Below the pieces are notes generated by a model, which had not been told where the DNA came from, made no database searches, and worked only from the letters and a program-made list of their open reading frames with translations. A stretch of 64,000 nucleotides of DNA. It comes from the human T2T-CHM13v2.0 reference genome, Homo sapiens. Below are positions 1-13,197 of the stretch, piece by piece; position 1 is the first letter of the stretch, and each line of letters begins with the position of its first letter. Position numbers and translations under genes: made by a program. Location: assembly GCF_009914755.1 (NCBI RefSeq), contig NC_060939.1; one strand, written 5' to 3'.

Positions 1-617
1 TGGATTCCATGCTATATCTATAAATTCAATTCGAGACCATTGTTTTTGAGTCCATTCTATATGATTCCATTCCATTCAAGTCCATTACATTTGGTTAAAT
101 TCCATTCCATTCGGTTCAATTCCATTCCATTCCATTCCCTTCCATTCCATTCCAGTTGATATCAATCCATTCGATTCCATTCCATTCGAGCACATTCCAT
201 TCGAGTCCATTCCATTCGATGCCATTCCATTTGATTCTATTCCATTAGTCTCCATTCAATTCCATTAATCTCCATTCCATTCCATTCTACTCCAACTGAT
301 TCCATTCCATTCTATTCCTTTTTATTCCATTTCATTCCATTCCATTCCATTCCATTCGTGTCCATTCCACTCCAGTCCATTCCATTCGTATCCATTCCAT
401 TCCAGTCCATTCCATTTGTGTCCACTGCATTCCATTCCACTCCATTCCATATTATTTCATTACACTCCATTCCATTCTATTACTTTCATTTCCATTCAAT
501 TCCATTCCATTTGATTCCATTCCACTCGGTTTCATTCCATTTGAGTCCACTCCATTCCATTCCATTCCATTCAGTTCCATTCCATTCCATTCCGTTCCAT
601 TACATTCCATTCCATTC

Positions 618-2411
618 GGTACCATTCCATATTGTTCCATTCGATTCCATTCGAATCCATTCCATTCCAGTCCATTCCATTCGATTCCATTCCATTCATT
701 TCAATTCCATTCCATTCCATTCCATTACATTCCACTTGATTCCTCTCCATTCCCTTCCACTGCATTCCGTTCGATTCCATTCCATTGCATTGCATTCCAT
801 TCCATTGGATTGCATTCCATTCGATTCCATTCCATTCGAATCAATTACATAGCAATCCATTACATTCGAGTCTATTCTCTTCCGTTCCATTCAATTTCGT
901 TCCAATCCATTCGATTCCATTCCATTCAATTCCATTCCATACTATTGCATTCCATTCGATTACATTATATTCGAATAAGTTCCATTCAAGACCATTTCTT
1001 TTGAGTCCATTCTATTTGAGTCCATTCCCTTTGATTCCATAACATTTGAGTCCATTCAATTCCATTCCTTTCGTTTCCATTCCATTTGATGCCATTCCAT
1101 TCAATTCTGTTCTACTCGACTCCAATACATTCAATTCCATTCCATCCGATTCCATTACATTCTTTTCATTTCTTATCCATTTCAAGCCATTCCACTCCAT
1201 TCCATTCCACTCGTTTCCTTTCCATTCGAGTCCATTCCTCTCCAGTCCATTCCGTTCAATCCATTCCATTCCAGTCCATTCCATTCGAGTCCGTTCCATT
1301 CCAGTCCATTCCATTCGAGTCAATTCCATTCCATTCGATGTCTTTCCATAACGATCCATTCCATTCTATTCCTTTCGATTCCATTCCATTCTATTTCATT
1401 CCATTCGATTCCCTTCCATTGGACTCCTTTCCATTCGAGTGCATTCCATTCCTTTCCATTTCTTTCCGTTCTGTACGATTCCTACCGTTCGATTTCATTT
1501 TGTTCCAGTCCATTCCTTTCGCGTCCATTCCATTCCATTTCACTCCATTCGATTCCATTCCACTCGATTCCACTTCGTTCCATTTCATTGCATTCCATTC
1601 TATTCAACTCTATTGCCTTCCATTCCATTCCATTCGATTACATTCCATGCGATTCCATTCGAAATCGAATCAATTACATTGCAATCCATTACTATTGAGT
1701 CCGTTTTATTCCAGTCCACTGCATTCTGGTCCATTCCATTTGATTCCATTCCATTCTATTCCATTCCATACAGTTGCATTCCATTGGATTCCATGCTATA
1801 TCTATAAATTCAATTCGAGACCATTGCTTTTGAGTCCATTCTATATGATTCCATTCCATTCAAGTCCATTACATTTGGTTCAATTCCATTCCATTCCATT
1901 CCCTTCCATTCCATTCCATTTGATATCAATCCATTCGATTCCATTCCATTCGAGCACATTCCATTCGAGTCCATTCCATTCGATGCCATTCCATTTGATT
2001 CTATTCCATTAGTCTCCATTCAATTCCATTAATCTCCATTCCATTCCATTCTACTCCAACTGATTCCATTCCATTCTATTCCTTTCCATTCCATTTCATT
2101 CCATTCCATTCCATTTCATTCCATTCCATTCCATTCGTGTCCATTCCACTCCAGTCCATTCCATTCGTGTCCATTCCATTCCAGTCCATTCCATTTGTGT
2201 CCACTGCATTCCATTCCACTCCATTCCATATTATTCCATTACACTCCATTCCATTCTATTACTTTCATTTCCATTCAATTCCATTCCATTTGATTCCATT
2301 CCACTCGGTTTCATTCCATTTGAGTCCACTCCATTCCATTCCATTCCATTCCATTCAGTTCCATTCCATTCTGTTCCATTCCATTCCGTTCCATTACATT
2401 CCATTCCATTC
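618..2411 (+). repeat. Representative short-type (type A) monomer, 1794 bp KpnI to KpnI
   Basis: It carries CATTCCTTTCGCG (1511-1523), a single GGTTCAATT (1877) and CCATTTGATATC. Confidence 0.9.
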
Positions 2412-5400
2412 GGTACCATTCCATATTGTTCCATTCGATTCCATTCGAATCCATTCCATTCCAGTCCATTCCATTCGATTCCATTCCATTCATTTCAATT
2501 CCATTCCATTCCATTCCATTACATTCCACTTGATTCCTCTCCATTCCCTTCCACTGCATTCCGTTCGATTCCATTCCATTGCATTGCATTCCATTCCATT
2601 GGATTGCATTCCATTCGATTCCATTCCATTCGAATCAATTACATAGCAATCCATTACATTCGAGTCTATTCTCTTCCGTTCCATTCAATTTCGTTCCAAT
2701 CCATTCGATTCCATTCCATTCGATTCCATTCCATTCTATTGCATTCCATTCGATTACATTATATTCGAATAAGTTCCATTCAAGACCATTTCTTTTGAGT
2801 CCATTCTATTTGAGTCCATTCCCTTTGATTCCATAACATTTGAGTCCATTCAATTCCATTCCTTTCGTTTCCATTCCATTTGATGCCATTCCATTCAATT
2901 CTGTTCTACTCGACTCCAATACATTCAATTCCATTCCATCCGATTCCATTACATTCTTTTCATTTCTTATCCATTTCAAGCCATTCCACTCCATTCCATT
3001 CCACTCGTTTCCTTTCCATTCGAGTCCATTCCTCTCCAGTCCATTCCGTTCAATCCATTCCATTCCCGTCCATTCCATTCGAGTCCGTTCCATTCCAGTC
3101 CATTCCATTCGAGTCAATTCCATTCCATTCGATGTCTTTCCATAACGATCCATTCCATTCTATTCCTTTCGATTCCATTCCATTCTATTTCATTCCATTC
3201 GATTCCCTTCCATTGGACTCCTTTCCATTCGAGTGCATTCCATTCCGTTCCATTTCTTTCCGTTCTGTACGATTCCTACCGTTCGATTTCATTTTGTTCC
3301 AGTCCATTCCTTTCGCGTCCATTCCATTCCATTTCACTCCATTCGATTCCATTCCACTCGATTCCACTTCGTTCCATTTCATTGCATTCCATTCTATTCA
3401 ACTCTATTGCCTTCCATTCCATTCCATTCGATTACATTCCATGCGATTCCATTCGAAATCGAATCAATTACATTGCAAACCATTACTATTGAGTCCGTTT
3501 TATTCCAGTCCACTGCATTCTGGTCCATTCCATTTGATTCCATTCCATTCTATTCCATTCCATACAGTTGCATTCCATTGGATTCCATGCTATAACTATA
3601 AATTCAATTCGAGTCCATTGCTTTTGAGTCCATTCTATATGATTCCATTCCATTCAAGTCCATTACATTTGTTTCAATTCCATTCCATTCCATTCCCTTT
3701 CATTCCATTCCATTTGATATCAATCCATTCGATTCCATTCCATTCGAGCACATTCCATTCGAGTCCATTCCATTCGATGCCATTCCATTTGATTCTATTC
3801 CATTAGTCTCCATTCAATTCCATTAATCTCCATTCCGTTCCATTCTACTCCAACTGATTCCATTACATTCTATTCCTTTCCATTCCATTTCATTCCATTC
3901 CATTCCATTCCATTCCATTCCATTCCATTCGTGTCCATTCCACTCCAGTCCATTCCATTCGTGTCCATTCCATTCCAGTCCATTCCATTTGTGTCCACTG
4001 CATTCCATTCCACTCCATTCCATATTATTCCATTACACTCCATTCCATTCTATTACTTTCATTTCCATTCAATTCCATTCCATTTGATTCCATTCCACTC
4101 GGTTTCATTCCATTTGAGTCCACTCCATTCCATTCCATTCCATTCCATTCAGTTCCATTCCATTCCGTTCCATTACATTCCATTCCATTCGGTACCATTC
4201 CATATTGTTCCATTCGATTCCATTCGAATCCATTCCATTCCAGTCCATTCCATTCGATTCCATTCCATTCATTTCAATTCCATTCCATTCCATTCCATTC
4301 CATTCCACTTGATTCCTCTCCATTCCCTTCCACTGCATTCCGTTCGATTCCATTCCATTGCATTGCATTCCATTCCATTGGATTGCATTCCATTCGATTC
4401 CATTCCATTCGAATCAATTACATAGCAATCCATTACATTCGAGTCTATTCTATTCCGTTCCATTCGATTTCGTTCCAATCCATTCGAGTCCATTCCATTC
4501 GATTCCATTCCATACTATTGCATTCCATTCGATTACATTATATTCGAATAAGTTCCATTCAAGACCATTTCTTTTGAGTCCATTCTATTTGAGTCCATTC
4601 CCTTTGATTCCATAACATTTGAGTCCATTCAATTCCATTCCTTTCGTTTCCATTCCATTTGATGCCATTCCATTCAATTCTGTTCTACTCGACTCCAATA
4701 CATTCAATTCCATTCCATCCGATTCCATTACATTCTTTTCATTTCTTATCCATTTCAAGCCATTCCACTCCATTCCATTCCACTCGTTTCCTTTCCATTC
4801 GAGTCCATTCCTCTCCAGTCCATTCCATTCAATCCATTCCATTCCAGTCCATTCCATTCGAGTCCGTTCCATTCCAGTCCATTCCATTCGAGTCAATTCC
4901 ATTCCATTCGATGTCTTTCCATAACGATCCATTCCATTCTATTCCTTTCGATTCCATTCCATTCTATTTCATTCCATTCGATTCCCTTCCATTGGACTCC
5001 TTTCCATTCGAGTGCATTCCATTCCGTTCCATTTCTTTCCGTTCTGTACGATTCCTACCGTTCGATTTCATTTTGTTCCAGTCCATTCTTTCGCGTCCAT
5101 TCCATTCCATTTCACTCCATTCGATTCCATTCCACTCGATTCCACTTCGTTCCATTTCATTGCATTCCATTCTATTCAACTCTATTGCCTTCCATTCCAT
5201 ACCATTCGATTACATTCAATGCGATTCCATTCGAAATCGAATCAATTACATTGCAATCCATTACTATTGAGTCCGTTTTATTCCAGTCCACTGCTTTCTG
5301 GTCCATTCCATTTGATTCCATTCCATTCTATTCCATTCCATACAGTTGCATTCCATTGGATTCCATGCTATATCTATAAATTCAATTCGAGACCATTGCT

Positions 5401-8400
5401 TTTGAGTCCATTCTATATGATTCCATTCCATTCAAGTCCATTACATTTGGATAAATTCCATTCCATTCGGTTCAATTCCATTCCATTCCATTCCCTTCCA
5501 TTCCATTCCAGTTGATATCAATCCATTCGATTCCATTCCATTCGAGCACATTCCATTCGAGTCCATTCCATTCGATGCCATTCCATTTGATTCTATTCCA
5601 TTAGTCTCCATTCAATTCCATTAATCTCCATTCCATTCCATTCTACTCCAACTGATTCCATTCCATTCTATTCCTTTCCATTCCATTTCATTCCATTCCA
5701 TTCCATTCCATTCCATTCCATTCCATTCCATTCGTGTCCATTCCACTCCAGTCCATTCCATTCGTATCCATTCCATTCCAGTTCATTCCATTTTTGTCCA
5801 CTGCATTCCATTCCACTCCATTCCATATTATTCCATTACACTCCATTCCATTCTATTACATTCATTTCCATTCAATTCCATTCCATTTGATTCCATTCCA
5901 CTCGGTTTCATTCCATTTGAGTCCACTCCATTCCATTCCATTCCATTCAGTTCCATTCTATTCTGTTCCATTCCATTCCGTTCCATTACATTCCATTCCA
6001 TTCGGTACCATTCCATATTGTTCCATTCGATTCCATTCGAATCCATTCCATTCCAGTCCATTCCATTCGATTCCATTCCATTCATTTCAATTCCATTCCA
6101 TTCCATTCCATTACATTCCACTTGATTCCTCTCCATTCCCTTCCACTGCATTCCGTTCGATTCCATTCCATTGCATTGCATTCCATTCCATTGGATTGCA
6201 TTCCATTCGATTCCATTCCATTCGAATCAATTACATAGCAATCCATTACATTCGAGTCTATTCTCTTCCGTTCCATTCGATTTCGTTCCAATCCATTCGA
6301 TTCCATTCCATTCGATTCCATTCCATACTATTGCATTCCATTCGATTACATTATATTCGAATAAGTTCCATTCAAGACCATTTCTTTTGAGTCCATTCTA
6401 TTTGAGTCCATTCCCTTTGATTCCATAACATTTGAGTCCATTCAATTCCATTCCTTTCGTTTCCATTCCATTTGATGCCATTCCATTCAATTCTGTTCTA
6501 CTCGACTCCAATACATTCAATTCCATTCCATCCGATTCCATTACACTCTTTTCATTTCTTATCCATTTCAAGCCATTCCACTCCATTCCATTCCACTCGT
6601 TTCCTTTCCATTCGAGTCCATTCCTCTCCAGTCCATTCCGTTCAATCCATTCCATTCCAGTCCATTCCATTCGAGTCCGTTCCATTCCAGTCCATTCCAT
6701 TCGAGTCAATTCCATTCCATTCGATGTCTTTCCATAACGATCCATTCCATTCTATTCCTTTCGATTCCATTCCATTCTATTTCATTCCATTCGATTCCCT
6801 TCCATTGGACTCCTTTCCATTCGAGTGCATTCCATTCCGTTCCATTTCTTTCCGTTCTGTACGATTCCTACCGTTCGATTTCATTTTGTTCCAGTCCATT
6901 CTTTCGCGTCCATTCCATTCCATTTCACTCCATTCGATTCCATTCCACTCGATTCCACTTCGTTCCATTTCATTGCATTCCATTCTATTCAACTCTATTG
7001 CCTTCCATTCCATTCCATTCGATTACATTCCATGCGATTCCATTCGAAATTGAATCAATTACATTGCAATCCATTACTATTGAGTCCGTTTTATTCCAGT
7101 CCACTGCATTCTGGTCCATTCCATTTGATTCCATTCCATTCTATTCCATTCCATACAGTTGCATTCCATTGGATTCCATGCTATATCTATAAATTCAATT
7201 CGAGACCATTGCTTTTGAGTCCATTCTATATGATTCCATTCCATTCAAGTCCATTACATTTGGTTAAATTCCTTTCCATTCGGTTCAATTCCATTCCATT
7301 CCATTCCCTTCCATTCCATTCCAGTTGATATCAATCCATTCGATTCCATTCCATTCGAGCACATTCCATTCGAGTCCATTCCATTCGATGCCATTCCATT
7401 TGATTCTATTCCTTTAGTCTCCATTCAATTCCATTAATCTCCATTCCATTCCATTCTACTCCAACTGATTCCATTCCATTCTATTCCTTTCCATTCCATT
7501 TCATTCCATTCCATTCCATTCCATTCCATTCCATTCCATTCGTGTCCATTCCACTCCAGTCCATTCCATTCGTATCCATTCCATTCCAGTCCATTCCATT
7601 TGTGTCCACTGCATTCCATTCCACTCCATTCCATATTATTCCATTACACTCCATTCCATTCTATTACTTTCATTTCCATTCAATTCCATTCCATTTGATT
7701 CCATTCCACTCGGGTTCATTCCATTTGAGTCCACTCCATTCCATTCCATTCCATTCAGTTCCATTCCATTCTGTTCCATTCCATTCCGTTCCATTACATT
7801 CCATTCCATTCGGTACCATTCCATATTGTTCCATTCGATTCCATTCGAATCCATTCCATTCCAGTCCATTCCATTCGATTCCATTCCATTCATTTCAATT
7901 CCATTCCATTCCATTCCATTCCATTCCACTTGATTCCTCTCCATTCCCTTCCACTGCATTCCGTTCGATTCCATTCCATTGCATTGCATTCCATTCCATT
8001 GGATTGCATTCCATTCGATTCCATTCCATTCGAATCAATTACATAGCAATCCATTACATTCGAGTCTATTCTCTTCCGTTCCATTCGATTTCGTTCCAAT
8101 CCATTCGATTCCATTCCATTCGATTCCATTCCATACTATTGCATTCCATTCGATTACATTATATTCGAATAAGTTCCATTCAAGACCATTTCTTTTGAGT
8201 CCATTCTATTTGAGTCCATTCCCTTTGATTCCATAACATTTGAGTCCATTCAATTCCATTCCTTTCGTTTCCATTCCATTTGATGCCATTCCATTCAATT
8301 CTGTTTTACTCGACTCCAATACATTCAATTCCATTCCATCCGATTCCATTACATTCTTTTCATTTCTTATCCATTTCAAGCCATTCCACTCCATTCCATT

Positions 8401-11400
8401 CCACTCGTTTCCTTTCCATTCGAGTCCATTCCTCTCCAGTCCATTCCGTTCAATCCATTCCATTCCAGTCCATTCCATTCGAGTCCGTTCCATTCAAGTC
8501 CATTCCATTCGAGTCAATTCCATTCCATTCGATGTCTTTCCATAACGATCCATTCCATTCTATTCCTTTCGATTCCATTCCATTCTATTTCATTCCATTC
8601 GATTCCCTTCCATTGGACTCCTTTCCATTCAAGTGCATTCCATTCCGTTCCATTTCTTTCCGTTCTGTACGATTCCTACCGTTCGATTTCATTTTGTTCC
8701 AGTCCATTCCTTTCGCGTCCATTCCATTCCATTTCACTCCATTCGATTCCATTCCACTCGATTCCACTTCGTTCCATTTCATTGCATTCCATTCTATTCA
8801 ACTCTATTGCCTTCCATTCCATTCCATTCGATTACATTCCATGCGATTCCATTCGAAATCGAATCAATTACATTGCAATCCATTACTATTGAGTCCGTTT
8901 TATTCCAGTCCACTGCATTCTGGTCCATTCCATTTGATTCCATTCCATTCTATTCCATTCCATACAGTTGCATTCCATTGGATTCCATGTTATATCTATA
9001 AATTCAATTCGAGACCATTGCTTTTGAGTCCATTCTATATGATTCCATTCCATTCAAGTCCATTACATTTGGTTAAATTCCATTCCATTCGGTTCAATTC
9101 CATTCCATTCCATTCCCTTCCATTCCATTCCAGTTGATATCAATCCATTCGATTCCATTCCATTCGAGCACATTCCATTCGAGTCCATTCCATTCGATGC
9201 CATTCCATTTGATTCTATTCCATTAGTCTCCATTCAATTCCATTAATCTCCATTCCATTCCATTCTACTCCAACTGATTCCATTCCATTCTATTCCTTTT
9301 TATTCCATTTCATACCATTCCATTCCATTCCATTCCATTCCATTCGTGTCCATTCCACTCCAGTCCATTCCATTCGTATCCATTCCATTCCAGTCCATTC
9401 CATTTGTGTCCACTGCATTCCATTCCACTCCATTCCATATTATTCCATTACACTCCATTCCATTCTATTACTTTCATTTCCATTCAATTCCATTCCATTT
9501 GATTCCATTCCACTCGGTTTCATTCCATTTGAGTCCACTCCATTCCATTCCATTCCATTCAGTTCCATTCCATTCTGTTCCATTCCATTCCGTTCCATTA
9601 CATTCCATTCCATTCGGTACCATTCCATATTGTTCCATTCGATTCCATTCGAATCCATTCCATTCCAGTCCATTCCATTCGATTCCATTCCATTCATTTC
9701 AATTCCATTCCATTCCATTCCATTACATTCCACTTGATTCCTCTCCATTCCCTTCCACTGCATTCCGTTCGATTCCATTCCATTGCATTGCATTCCATTC
9801 CATTGGATTGCATTCCATTCGATTCCATTCCATTCGAATCAATTACATAGCAATCCATTACATTCGAGTCTATTCTCTTCCGTTCCATTCGATTTCGTTC
9901 CAATCCATTCGATTCCATTCCATTCGATTCCATTCCATACTATTGCATTCCATTCGATTACATTATATTCGAATAAGTTCCATTCAAGACCATTTCTTTT
10001 GAGTCCATTCTATTTGAGTCCATTCCCTTTGATTCCATAACATTTGAGTCCATTCAATTCCATTCCTTTCGTTTCCATTCCATTTGATGCCATTCCATTC
10101 AATTCTGTTCTACTCGACTCCAATACATTCAATTCCATTCCATCCGATTCCATTACATTCTTTTCATTTCTTATCCATTTCAAGCCATTCCACTCCATTC
10201 CATTCCACTCGTTTCCGTTCCATTCGAGTCCATTCCTCTCCAGTCCATTCCGTTCAATCCATTCCATTCCAGTCCATTCCATTCGAGTCCGTTCCATTCC
10301 AGTCCATTCCATTCGAGTCAATTCCATTCCATTCGATGTCTTTCCATAACGATCCATTCCATTCTATTCCTTTCGATTCCATTCCATTCTATTTCATTCC
10401 ATTCGATTCCCTTCCATTGGACTCCTTTCCATTCGAGTGCATTCCATTCCGTTCCATTTCTTTCCGTTCTGTACGATTCCTACCGTTCGATTTCATTTTG
10501 TTCCAGTCCATTCCTTTCGCGTCCATTCCATTCCATTTCACTCCATTCGATTCCATTCCACTCGATTCCACTTCGTTCCATTTCATTGCATTCCATTCTA
10601 TTCAACTCTATTGCCTTCCATTCCATTCCATTCGATTACATTCCATGCGATTCCATTCGAAATCGAATCAATTACATTGCAAACCATTACTATTGAGTCC
10701 GTTTTATTCCAGTCCACTGCATTCTGGTCCATTCCATTTGATTCCATTCCATTCTTTTCCATTCCATACAGTTGCATTCCATTGGATTCCATGCTATATC
10801 TATAAATTCAATTCGAGACCATTGCTTTTGAGTCCATTCTATATGATTCCATTCCATTCAAGTCCATTACATTTGGTTCAATTCCATTCCATTCCATTCC
10901 CTTTCATTCCATTCCATTTGATATCAATCCATTCGATTCCATTCCATTCGAGCACATTCCATTCGAGTCCATTCCATTCGATGCCATTCCATTTGATTCT
11001 ATTCCATTAGTCTCCATTCAATTCCATTAATCTCCATTCCATTCCATTCTACTCCAACTGATTCCATTACATTCTATTCCTTTCCATTCCATTTCATTCC
11101 ATTCCATTCCATTCCATTCCATTCCATTCCATTCGTGTCCATTCCACTCCAGTCCATTCCATTCGTGTCCATTCCATTCCAGTCCATTCCATTTGTGTCC
11201 ACTGCATTCCATTCCACTCCATTCCATATTATTCCATTACACTCCATTCCATTCTATTACTTTCATTTCCATTCAATTCCATTCCATTTGATTCCATTCC
11301 ACTCGGTTTCATTCCATTTGAGTCCACTCCATTCCATTCCATTCCATTCCATTCAGTTCCATTCCATTCCGTTCCATTACATTCCATTCCATTCGGTACC

Positions 11401-13197
11401 ATTCCATATTGTTCCATTCGATTCCATTCGAATCCATTCCATTCCAGTCCATTCCATTCGATTCCATTCCATTCATTTCAATTCCATTCCATTCCATTCC
11501 ATTACATTCCACTTGATTCCTCTCCATTCCCTTCCACTGCATTCCGTTCGATTCCATTCCATTGCATTGCATTCCATTCCATTGGATTGCATTCCATTCG
11601 ATTCCATTCCATTCGAATCAATTACATAGCAATCCATTACATTCGAGTCTATTCTATTCCGTTCCATTCGATTTCGTTCCAATCCATTCGATTCCATTCC
11701 ATTCGATTCCATTCCATACTATTGCATTCCATTCGATTACATTATATTCGAATAAGTTCCATTCAAGACCATTTCTTTTGAGTCCATTCTATTTGAGTCC
11801 ATTCCCTTTGATTCCATAACATTTGAGTCCATTCAATTCCATTCCTTTCGTTTCCATTCCATTTGATGCCATTCCATTCAATTCTGTTCTACTCGACTCC
11901 AATACATTCAATTCCATTCCATCCGATTCCATTACATTCTTTTCATTTCTTATCCATTTCAAGCCATTCCACTCCATTCCATTCCACTCGTTTCCTTTCC
12001 ATTCGAGTCCATTCCTCTCCAGTCCATTCCATTCAATCCATTCCATTCCAGTCCATTCCATTCGAGTCCGTTCCATTCCAGTCCATTCCATTCGAGTCAA
12101 TTCCATTCCATTCGATGTCTTTCCATAACGATCCATTCCATTCTATTCCTTTCGATTCCATTCCATTCTATTTCATTCCATTCGATTCCCTTCCATTGGA
12201 CTCCTTTCCATTCGAGTGCATTCCATTCCGTTCCATTTCTTTCCGTTCTGTACGATTCCTACCGTTCGATTTCATTTTGTTCCAGTCCATTCTTTCGCGT
12301 CCATTCCATTCCATTTCACTCCATTCGATTCCATTCCACTCGATTCCACTTCGTTCCATTTCATTGCATTCCATTCTATTCAACTCTATTGCCTTCCATT
12401 CCATTCCATTCGATTACATTCCATGCGATTCCATTCGAAATCGAATCAATTACATTGCAATCCATTACTATTGAGTCCGTTTTATTCCAGTCCACTGCAT
12501 TCTGGTCCATTCCATTTGATTCCATTCCATTCTATTCCATTCCATACAGTTGCATTCCATTGGATTCCATGCTATATCTATAAATTCAATTCGAGACCAT
12601 TGCTTTTGAGTCCATTCTATATGATTCCATTCCATTCAAGTCCATTACATTTGGTTAAATTCCATTCCATTCGGTTCAATTCCATTCCATTCCATTCCCT
12701 TCCATTCCATTCCAGTTGATATCAATCCATTCGATTCCATTCCATTCGAGCACATTCCATTCGAGTCCATTCCATTCGATGCCATTCCATTTGATTCTAT
12801 TCCATTAGTCTCCATTCAATTCCATTAATCTCCATTCCATTCCATTCTACTCCAACTGATTCCATTCCATTCTATTCCTTTCCATTCCATTTCATTCCAT
12901 TCCATTCCATTCCATTCCATTCCATTCGTGTCCATTCCACTCCAGTCCATTCCATTCGTATCCATTCCATTCCAGTCCATTCCATTTGTGTCCACTGCAT
13001 TCCATTCCACTCCATTCCATATTATTCCATTACACTCCATTCCATTCTATTACTTTCATTTCCATTCAATTCCATTCCATTTGATTCCATTCCACTCGGT
13101 TTCATTCCATTTGAGTCCACTCCATTCCATTCCATTCCATTCAGTTCCATTCCATTCTGTTCCATTCCATTCCGTTCCATTACATTCCATTCCATTC

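Noticed and set aside
965-985. Possible heat-shock element around TTCGAATAAGTTCC
   Set aside because: The spacing does not fit alternating nGAAn units (GAAnnTTC), and no three-unit inverted array was seen. HSF1 association with satellite 3 cannot be assigned to this site from sequence.
1012-1359. 115-aa minus-strand ORF (MDRYGKTS...) preserved in most monomers
   Set aside because: Its preservation reflects the high identity of the monomers. It is disrupted in the units at 8240, 31684, 40693 and 60539, and there is no evidence of selection or translation.
7045-7060. DUX4-like motif (AAATTGAATCA)
   Set aside because: It mismatches the TAA-start consensus and exists only in two CpG-decayed units (~7048, ~43118).
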